From: an uncultured Acidobacteriota bacterium
Lineage (GTDB): Bacteria; Acidobacteriota; Vicinamibacteria; Marinacidobacterales; SMYC01
Assembly: GCA_964518945.1 (NCBI GenBank)
Contig: CAZFLB010000019.1
Location: 1-37,703, forward strand
Direction: 5' to 3'
DNA length: 37,703 nt
The notes under the pieces are model-generated. The model worked only from the letters and a program-made list of their open reading frames with translations. It searched no databases and had not been told where the DNA came from. How positions within the stretch are numbered: position 1 is the first letter of the stretch; each line of letters starts with the position of its first letter. Shown piece after piece: positions 11,115 through 18,156 of this stretch. The position numbers were made by a program, and so were the translations under genes.

Positions 11115-12245
11115 TTGATTATTACTCCGATTGCACTTATAGCATTTTTATTTCTTCTGATCGCTGTAGCAAGGTTTTGCGAGCATCATTTTAGCGTGGT
11201 AAAGAAGATTACCTCCGCAGGTTTGTGTACTGTAATCGGGATCGCATTTGCTAATGTAGGTGTGATTCCACATCAGTCCGTTGTCTACGAGGGAATTTTT
11301 GAGTACGGAGTTACTTACGCGATCGTACTTATGGTTCTCTGTTCCAGGCTTGACGTTCTTCGCAATGCTGGTAGGCCGTTGGTTATTGCTTACGTCCTAG
11401 CCGTGCTGGGAAGCTTTTCGGGAGCGTTAATAGCTAGTAGTCTGTGCTATGAGTGGCTGGGTTCAGAAACTTGGAAACTTGGAGGCACGTTTGCTGGGGC
11501 CTTTATAGGTGGCGGCATGAATTTCGTTGCTGTCGCAAATAGTCTTGGTTTGTCACCATCACTGTTTGCTAGTGCCGCAGTCGCCGATAACCTATCTACG
11601 GTACCTTGGATGGTTGCTCAGTTGTTATTGGCCACCCATCTCGCGCCTTTTTACAGACTTCATGTTAAATCAAAGCAGGTTGTCGAACCTTCGGAGGATC
11701 CTCGTAAGTATTGGACTTCTACTAACCTTAGTATTAAGGATCTTTCTCTATTAGCCGCCCTTCCTTTATTTGTTCTGTGGGTTACCTCGAGTGTTATAGC
11801 ACCGATATTTCCAACAGTACCTGAGGTGATCTGGTTGACAACACTCACGCTAGCTTTGGCACAGTTTCCATTTGTAAAAAAGCTCCAAGGGGCGTCAGTC
11901 CTTGCGTACTTTGCACTTCATCTTTTTTTTATCGTTATCGGTGCTGTGTCTCAAATCAGTGAGGTGATAAACGCTGGGCCTAGTATTTTTTTGTATATGA
12001 CTATTATCATTGTGATACACGCTTTTGTTGTGTACGGTTGTGGATGGTTATTGCGCTTGAGCCTTCCTTCTCTCACAATTGCCAGTCAAGCTGCCATTGG
12101 TGGCCCTGACTCGGCTCTTGCTATTGCGATGGCGATGAACTGGAAAGAACTGGTTACACCGGGAATCATCGTGGGTATTTTCGGCTATGCCGTAGGTAAT
12201 TATGTTGGCGTTGCTTGTGCTTTTCTCTTAAGGTCTGTCCTATGA
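11115..12245 (+). CDS. DUF819 family integral membrane protein (putative transporter)
   Basis: The protein is hydrophobic throughout. The C-terminal ASQAAIGGPDSALAIAMAMNW...GIFGYAVGNYVG resembles the DUF819 signature recalled from memory. The TTG start is uncertain. Confidence 0.6.
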   Translation: MIITPIALIAFLFLLIAVARFCEHHFSVVKKITSAGLCTVIGIAFANVGVIPHQSVVYEGIFEYGVTYAIVLMVLCSRLDVLRNAGRPLVIAYVLAVLGSFSGALIASSLCYEWLGSETWKLGGTFAGAFIGGGMNFVAVANSLGLSPSLFASAAVADNLSTVPWMVAQLLLATHLAPFYRLHVKSKQVVEPSEDPRKYWTSTNLSIKDLSLLAALPLFVLWVTSSVIAPIFPTVPEVIWLTTLTLALAQFPFVKKLQGASVLAYFALHLFFIVIGAVSQISEVINAGPSIFLYMTIIIVIHAFVVYGCGWLLRLSLPSLTIASQAAIGGPDSALAIAMAMNWKELVTPGIIVGIFGYAVGNYVGVACAFLLRSVL

Positions 12246-13300
12246 AAAATCCATTTTCTCTTTACAGTGAAAAATCGTTGCGCCAATTTACGACGGAATT
12301 CTTGATTTCGCTTGGTGCTAAGGATGAAGAAGCTACTATTGTTGCGGATGGACTAATGACAGCTAGTTTATGGTGGCATCCTGGTCAGGGCCAGGGCCTT
12401 GAGAAACTTATCCGCTATCATCGACGTGTAGCAAACGGGGGAATCGTTCCTGGCGTGGAGATGGAATGGATTCGAGATGAACCGAGTGTCGGAATCCTAG
12501 ATGCGAAAAAAGGGTTTGGGTATGTTGCAGCACATCGTGCTATGCAGAAAGCGATTCAGAAGGCTGGTGAGACAGGTATCGCTATGGTAGGGGTTCGGAA
12601 CAGCAATCACTTTGGAATGGCAGGCTATCATGCTCTTTCGGCAGCCCGTGAAGGATTGATTGGGTGGGCGATGACTAATGCGGGGTCGGAAATGGCTCCG
12701 ACAGGTTCGTCAGAAGCAGTTCTTGGCACAAACCCGTGGGGAATTGCAATTCCCCGATTAAATAAGGACCCAGTCGTTTTGGATATGGCATTAACTATGA
12801 GTGGGAAAGGAATGATGCGATTTTTCCATAGTCAAGGACTTGAAATGCCGGATTCGTGGGCGTTGACTCCTAAGGGGGAAAAGACTATATCTCCTGCTGA
12901 GGCGCTTTCCGGTACGCTTCTTCCAATAGGTGAATATAAGGGTTATGGCCTAAGTCTTTGGACGGATGTGCTGGCCGGTGTGATGACAGGAGCTCTTTTT
13001 GGTACCGATGTGTTTCAGGTTGATACTCATTTCGATGTGGGACACCAGATGGTTGCTATCCAACCAGACTTGTTTGGAGACAGGAAAGATTTTGACAGAC
13101 GCTTAGAAGAATTATTTAGGCAAGTTAAAACTGCAGCACCGATTGATCCAGCACGGCCTGTTTTGTTACCAGGAGAAATGGAACTGGCACGTTCTGAACT
13201 ACGTCGGGCTGAGGGTGTTCCAGTACGCCGTGAAACCGTACAGACGCTTCAGCCCTTGGCTGTTGAACTGGGCATTATCTTTCCAGACGAGAAGAACTAG
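12242..13300 (+). CDS. Ldh_2 family (malate/L-lactate/sulfolactate/ureidoglycolate-type) NAD(P)H-dependent dehydrogenase
   Basis: The ATG at 12242 overlaps the DUF819 stop (ATGA at 12242-12245). The ORF-track start at 12215 is an in-frame extension inside the upstream gene. Ldh_2 hallmarks are GVRNSNHFGMAGYH and LGTNPWGIAIP. The substrate cannot be assigned. Confidence 0.8.
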   Translation: MKNPFSLYSEKSLRQFTTEFLISLGAKDEEATIVADGLMTASLWWHPGQGQGLEKLIRYHRRVANGGIVPGVEMEWIRDEPSVGILDAKKGFGYVAAHRAMQKAIQKAGETGIAMVGVRNSNHFGMAGYHALSAAREGLIGWAMTNAGSEMAPTGSSEAVLGTNPWGIAIPRLNKDPVVLDMALTMSGKGMMRFFHSQGLEMPDSWALTPKGEKTISPAEALSGTLLPIGEYKGYGLSLWTDVLAGVMTGALFGTDVFQVDTHFDVGHQMVAIQPDLFGDRKDFDRRLEELFRQVKTAAPIDPARPVLLPGEMELARSELRRAEGVPVRRETVQTLQPLAVELGIIFPDEKN

Positions 13301-13335
13301 AGAGACCCTATAGTAGTTAGAAACACCTTTCTTTG

Positions 13336-13743
13336 TTAAGGGCAGTCAGGGGTTAGGTGTTTTAAAGATGTTAGGTTCAAGTTCGAGCGGTTATTGGTGG
13401 TGTTCTCAGTCAAGAGTCCTTTAACACGTACTTTGTGGCCTTTATGTTTAGAGGGATTGAATTCTTGAAGAGTGCCAATCAGGTGATAATCATTATTGCC
13501 CAAGCTTGTTTTTGCTAGTTCATTATCAATGGTGGAAGCTGGCACTGGCTTGCTAGCCTTTGTCAAATGCCACTCTCCATCTGTTTCGGCGAGACAACCG
13601 ATGATGCCGACGACTTCCATTTTGCTCTTAGGCTGAGCAAATACTGCAGTGGTGGTGATTGCTAACAACAATCCAACTCGTGGAATCAATTTAATTTTCC
13701 GTAATTCCCTTGGTCGGAATAAATTTTTGTAAGCGCTGTCCAT
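13336..13743 (-). CDS. Small secreted protein of unknown function (last gene of the PHM/PAL-like operon)
   Basis: It has a signal-peptide-like segment (IPRVGLLLAITTTAVFAQP). It lies on the same strand directly after the NHL gene. An alternative TTG start at 13689, one nt after the NHL stop codon (TAAATTG), would remove the 53-nt overlap and seems more likely. No family was recognised. Confidence 0.5.
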   Translation of the reverse strand: MDSAYKNLFRPRELRKIKLIPRVGLLLAITTTAVFAQPKSKMEVVGIIGCLAETDGEWHLTKASKPVPASTIDNELAKTSLGNNDYHLIGTLQEFNPSKHKGHKVRVKGLLTENTTNNRSNLNLTSLKHLTPDCP

Positions 13744-14770
13744 AAGTGTCTCCTACGTATACGGCCCCTTGCGAGTCAACACCAAGTCCGTGCGCCCAAT
13801 CGAATTGTCCAGGCTCACGTCCCAAACTGCCCCAACGAGACACAATTGTTCCTTCTGGAAGAGATACTTTTAACACTTGTTCTGTTTCATGCTCCGTCAT
13901 GAACATATAGTTTTCGTCTGCTGATAGGGCGATGCCCCAAATGTACCCAAGGCCTTCTAGTTTTCCAAGAAAGTTGCCATCCGTGTCGAACATCTGAACA
14001 CGATGATTTTCACGGTCGAGAACGTAGACTTTGTTTTTGGAATCTACCAAAACTTGGTGTGGCAAGTGAAACTCACCGTCCTCCGTACTCTCATCATCAG
14101 GGCCTCCGCCCCATTCCTTGATGAATTCACCGTTAGCGGAGTACTTAGCAATTCGGTTGTTACCGTAGCCGTCAGCAATCAAGATGTCTCCAGTGTTCGT
14201 TATGGCAACGTCAGCTGGGAGGTCGAGATGGAACTGATCGTACCCTGCCTCGTCTTTGACACCAATTTCCATTAAAACGGTTTTCATTTCACGGTCCATT
14301 TTCAAAACTCGATGTGCTGCTTCGTCTACGAGCCAGACATTGCCGGCAGTATCTACCTTTATAAAATGAGGGACGGTTCCAGTGATTCCTTCTGCGCCGG
14401 TGCGTAAGACATTGCCATCGGAATCAAAAACGATCACAGGGTGTTTGCCACGATTGAAAACGTAGATGTGATCGTTTTGGTCAACCCACACTCCTGACAC
14501 TCCTGGTTGTACGCTTGGTTGGCGGATTGGTGGTGTTTCACCTCTGGATATTGCGGCTGCACGCTGATTTTCACGTTCCGTACGTGCTTTAGCACGTTCA
14601 GATGGCATAGGGAAATCTTGAGGATGTCCGAGATGCATACCTTGAGGGAGAGTCGCCCAATTGGGTACGAGCTGATAGTCCTCGATTTCTTCAATAGGGT
14701 CGGTGACAGTGCAGCTCCCCAAAGAGAGAATAACAAACAATAGACAAAACTTTATAAAAGTATGTCTCAT
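13691..14770 (-). CDS. NHL-repeat six-bladed beta-propeller lipoprotein, peptidyl-alpha-hydroxyglycine alpha-amidating lyase (PAL)-like
   Basis: The preferred start is the ATG at 14770, which overlaps the upstream stop (ATGA at 14767-14770). This gives the leader MRHTFIKFCLLFVILSLGSC, whose LGSC fits a lipobox. NHL blades carry PAL-like motifs: FNRGKH, VPHFIKVDTAGNVWLVDEAAHRVLKMD, ADGYGNNRIAKYSANGEFIKEWG, FHLPHQVLVDSKNKVYVLDRENHRVQMFD and FDWAHGLGVDSQGAVYVGD. Confidence 0.8.
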   Translation of the reverse strand: MRHTFIKFCLLFVILSLGSCTVTDPIEEIEDYQLVPNWATLPQGMHLGHPQDFPMPSERAKARTERENQRAAAISRGETPPIRQPSVQPGVSGVWVDQNDHIYVFNRGKHPVIVFDSDGNVLRTGAEGITGTVPHFIKVDTAGNVWLVDEAAHRVLKMDREMKTVLMEIGVKDEAGYDQFHLDLPADVAITNTGDILIADGYGNNRIAKYSANGEFIKEWGGGPDDESTEDGEFHLPHQVLVDSKNKVYVLDRENHRVQMFDTDGNFLGKLEGLGYIWGIALSADENYMFMTEHETEQVLKVSLPEGTIVSRWGSLGREPGQFDWAHGLGVDSQGAVYVGDTYGQRLQKFIPTKGITEN

Positions 14771-15372
14771 CTTTTGAACTCCTTTTGCCACCAAGGACTT
14801 CCGTAATTCATGTACGGTCCTCCGTCTACTGATATAGCTGCTTCAATTTTGAAATTTAAAGGAGACACCATTCGCTTTTTCGTTTTTAGACGTACAGTGT
14901 GGCCATTCGCTTCGAAAGGAGCACTCTCGTAATGAATTGTGTAGAAACCACCAAGATCGCCACCTATAGGACCTGTCCGAAACATTTCAAAGCCACGACT
15001 GTCTTTGTCGTAGCGGGCGAAGACCTTCCGTTGTTTTTCGTATGCGATGGTGGAGGTGACTGTGAAAGGCCCATCTGGGCCCTCTGCCTCGATGATGCTT
15101 GTGTAGTAATGGCCATCTTCAGAAGGCGTAAATGTTTCAGTTCCTCGGATGGTTCCAGAGGCCCCTAGCGGGCTTTCGGGAACACGCCATTCAAAATTCC
15201 ATTTACCAGGAAAATAGATGTCATAATCGAACAGGGGGGCTTCGTCACTCTTTTCAGTTGGCCGACCTAGATCAGAAATTTGTCCTCGAGGTAATTGTGT
15301 TCTTGGTTTTTCCTGCGTCCACGTTGTTGCAGTGAGCACTAATACACAGATAGATACGAGGACATGTCTCAT
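14767..15372 (-). CDS. Secreted protein of unknown function (possibly a DUF1579-like beta-barrel)
   Basis: It has a signal peptide (MRHVLVSICVLVLTATTWTQE). The ATG at 15372 overlaps the stop of the upstream monooxygenase gene by 1 nt (TGATG). A TTG at 15375 is the alternative start. The fold guess is weak. Confidence 0.55.
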   Translation of the reverse strand: MRHVLVSICVLVLTATTWTQEKPRTQLPRGQISDLGRPTEKSDEAPLFDYDIYFPGKWNFEWRVPESPLGASGTIRGTETFTPSEDGHYYTSIIEAEGPDGPFTVTSTIAYEKQRKVFARYDKDSRGFEMFRTGPIGGDLGGFYTIHYESAPFEANGHTVRLKTKKRMVSPLNFKIEAAISVDGGPYMNYGSPWWQKEFKR

Positions 15373-16823
15373 CAAGGGTCGTTGTTTTCTTCGCTGTCGG
15401 CAGCTTGTTTTGTCAGGTCCAGGCTATCTATCGAATACTCTGTGAAGGCTTGGTACATCTCATCCCAACTTTGCTCACCCCAGTAGACTTCGAGCTGTGG
15501 ACCTGGATTCCAACGGTTGTACAAAGAATTGTCATAGACGCCGATGGCGGTGATTTTGCTGCCAGCTGGAATCTTTAAGGGTTCTACGAGTTCGTAATGG
15601 ATCTGCCAGTTGAAATCAAAATCAGGCACGTCGAGAATTGTGTCCTCACGTCCGTCTGGCCAAGTGAGAATCCATCGTAGGCTCTTACCGCGAAGATGCA
15701 TATGAGGTGACATACCGTAAAGAGTAATGTCTTCAGTTACGGGTGTGATCCCAGTGATTTTCCAGTTTTCAGCATAAGGTGGAATGGTTGGGATTTTGGG
15801 GCGCACACGTTTACCGTTAGCATCAATAGAAGAAACGATCTCTTCACCGTTTACAATATAAATGTCGTGACCTTTAGGATCTGTTGGTACTGGGTTGCCG
15901 CCTTGGCGTGTGAGAACTTCGTGAGTTACTGGCTTTGTGTTAAACCAAACACCAAGTCTTGACCGGTCTTTCTCAGGTTTTCCAGTAGCGTTGTAATGCA
16001 TCGTAAATTTGATCCATTTTCCTGCCGTTAGACGCTTGCCAGTGCCGGGGCGGTGGCGTTCAACCCCTCGACCGGGCGCAAAGGAAATCAACTTACTCGT
16101 TCCCGGAAGATTGAATTGATTAAATACTGCTTGTTGAATCCTAGTCTCAGATCCTTCTGAACGTCGTGCGCGGTCAGCAGTGTTGGCTTGTTTACGGGTA
16201 AGAGGCTCACCGTCTTCGTTCACCATCTTTCCGTTTAAGATACGTGCTCCTGGAAGGGGGTCTATAACAAACGTACCAAAATGATGTACGACTGCGTGGT
16301 TGCCGGGTCGGGCTTCTAAAATTTCTGCGAAACGGTCTTCCTCGAAAGGTATTTCGACATAGAAGTCCAGATACTCTTCCTCTCCTTCTGCTGGTATTTC
16401 GTATTCAACGGGAAGCTCAAAGACATAGTCAGGTTCGCGACCGACTGTCCAACCATCAGAAAACTCTGGCATATCCGGGGGTTGGCCGTCTCCTCGTGGA
16501 GCCCCACCGTCGGCCCATGCAGTAACAACGTCAATCTCATCCTGCGTAAGGCGCCATTCGTTTCTCATTGGGAATGTATTTCCAGGGTCAGCGGGCCAAG
16601 GTGGCATTTCGCCGACAGTTATGGCAGATTTAATTGCTTGTGCCCAGGGACGAACTTCTTTGTAGTCGCGCAGAGGCATGGGGGCAATTTCCCCAGGGCG
16701 GTGGCAACTAACGCAATTCTCATAAAGAATTGGGGCAATGTCCTTCGTAAAAGTCGGAATCTCTGCAATTCCGAACACAGGAGCTAGTACCAAAGTTACA
16801 ATAAGAATCGATGCACGAGTCAT
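15372..16823 (-). CDS. Haem-c domain fused to a copper type II monooxygenase core (PHM/DBH-like)
   Basis: It has a signal peptide. The N-terminal Planctomycete-cytochrome-like domain reads FTKDIAPILYENCVSCHRPGEIAPMPL...GEMPPWPADP, with CxxCH at C37/C40/H41. The PHM-like motifs are AVVHHFGTF (H180, H181), KFTMHYNATG (H276), MSPHMHLRGKS (H374, H376) and QSWDEMYQAF (M456). Confidence 0.85.
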   Translation of the reverse strand: MTRASILIVTLVLAPVFGIAEIPTFTKDIAPILYENCVSCHRPGEIAPMPLRDYKEVRPWAQAIKSAITVGEMPPWPADPGNTFPMRNEWRLTQDEIDVVTAWADGGAPRGDGQPPDMPEFSDGWTVGREPDYVFELPVEYEIPAEGEEEYLDFYVEIPFEEDRFAEILEARPGNHAVVHHFGTFVIDPLPGARILNGKMVNEDGEPLTRKQANTADRARRSEGSETRIQQAVFNQFNLPGTSKLISFAPGRGVERHRPGTGKRLTAGKWIKFTMHYNATGKPEKDRSRLGVWFNTKPVTHEVLTRQGGNPVPTDPKGHDIYIVNGEEIVSSIDANGKRVRPKIPTIPPYAENWKITGITPVTEDITLYGMSPHMHLRGKSLRWILTWPDGREDTILDVPDFDFNWQIHYELVEPLKIPAGSKITAIGVYDNSLYNRWNPGPQLEVYWGEQSWDEMYQAFTEYSIDSLDLTKQAADSEENNDP

Positions 16824-16861
16824 TGATTGTCCTCCCAGAACCCCCCAATTTAAGGATGAAA

Positions 16862-17998
16862 ATGCTGAATGTCAATCGTGAAAGATACGTTGTATCACAA
16901 ATCGTCTTTGTACTTGTTTTCACATTTTGTTTTGGGGCAATTACATTGCCTCACAACCTAGACTTCACTTACATCATCTTAATATTGAAACCTGATGGAA
17001 CCTTTCAGGCGGACGTTACGTGTGACTTAGATGCAATCGCTTTAGGAGTTTCTCCCGGTGCGGATTCTTATCAAGTCGTTAAGAGGCTTGAAAGTTTACC
17101 GAAGTCGGAGTTTGACAGGCGTGTTGATAGGGCTCGAGAGTACGTGAGCAATCGTGTCGCAATCTCCTTCGATGGGAAAGCAGTCCGTTCTTTGCCGTTG
17201 TTTCCTGAGTACGGACATGAATTCTACGCAGGAGCCTCACCGATTCCCACTATTCTAGGTCTGACAGCCCGTTTTACAGGGAATATTCCTAAAGGAGTGT
17301 CAGAGTTGACAGTAGAAGTTGACAGAGGTTTTCCACCTGTTTACTTAACAGTTATGAATCAAGCGCTTGATGTAACCGAACATCAGGTTTTGGCTCGAGG
17401 TGCAGTCAGCGATCCTTTTCCACTAGGCATACATGCTGAACGCACGAAAACTTCAGTGGCCTTGCAATATCTGTATCTTGGTATCTCACATATCATACCT
17501 AAGGGTCTCGATCACATTCTGTTTGTGCTTGGCTTGTTTCTTTTGAGCTTAACTTTCAAATCACTGTTGTTGCAGATTACAGCGTTTACGGTTGCTCATA
17601 CCCTTACACTGGCGCTCACGAGCATGGGAATTTTCCGACTTCCATCAGATTTCGTTGAACCATTAATTGCGCTTTCGATAGCTTACGTTGCTATTGAAAA
17701 CATTGTGACGAGTGAGCTAAAGCCTTGGAGGCCAGTTTTGGTTTTTTTATTTGGCCTACTACACGGAATGGGATTTGCTGGTGTTTTAGGAGAATTGGGC
17801 ATTCCAGAAAACCACTTTCTTTTAGCACTTTTCAGTTTTAACGCAGGAGTTGAAGTCGGCCAGTTGTTGGTTGTTACGGCGGCTGCTCTTGCAATAGGTT
17901 GGTTTCGTAATGCGCCCTGGTTTAGAAGTCGCATCACGGTTCCACTTTCAGTCGCTATCGGTATCATGGGACTCTACTGGTTTTGGGATCGACTGTGA
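16862..17998 (+). CDS. HupE/UreJ-type (HupE_UreJ_2-like) metal permease with an N-terminal periplasmic domain
   Basis: Family strings are present: GLDHILFVLGLFLL, FTVAHTLTLALTS, VEPLIALSIAYVAIEN, FGLLHGMGFAGVLGELG and FSFNAGVEVGQLLVV. The start was chosen at the ATG at 16862, 5 nt after AAGGA. The ORF-track start at 16811 would overlap the divergent gene. The ATG at 16856 is also possible. Confidence 0.75.
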   Translation: MLNVNRERYVVSQIVFVLVFTFCFGAITLPHNLDFTYIILILKPDGTFQADVTCDLDAIALGVSPGADSYQVVKRLESLPKSEFDRRVDRAREYVSNRVAISFDGKAVRSLPLFPEYGHEFYAGASPIPTILGLTARFTGNIPKGVSELTVEVDRGFPPVYLTVMNQALDVTEHQVLARGAVSDPFPLGIHAERTKTSVALQYLYLGISHIIPKGLDHILFVLGLFLLSLTFKSLLLQITAFTVAHTLTLALTSMGIFRLPSDFVEPLIALSIAYVAIENIVTSELKPWRPVLVFLFGLLHGMGFAGVLGELGIPENHFLLALFSFNAGVEVGQLLVVTAAALAIGWFRNAPWFRSRITVPLSVAIGIMGLYWFWDRL

Positions 17999-18130
17999 AG
18001 TTTTGCTGAATAATAGTTGCTCTCCAGGCGATTGGTCGACATGATGGGTTGCACAGGAGTTTCAGTTGTTAGCTTTCATTGGCCTAAAACTAGGCTTGCA
18101 CCACCGGGGAGGTGGTGGTGTAGGAGTTCC

Positions 18131-18156
18131 ACTGACTGAGGCTTCCTCAGTTCAGT
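18131..18156. terminator. Hairpin between convergent genes (possible bidirectional terminator)
   Basis: ACTGACTGAGG (18131-18141) pairs with CCTCAGTTCAGT (18145-18156), giving 11 bp with one bulged T and a CTT loop. It overlaps the helicase stop codon. There is no clean U-tract on either strand, so its function is uncertain. Confidence 0.3.
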
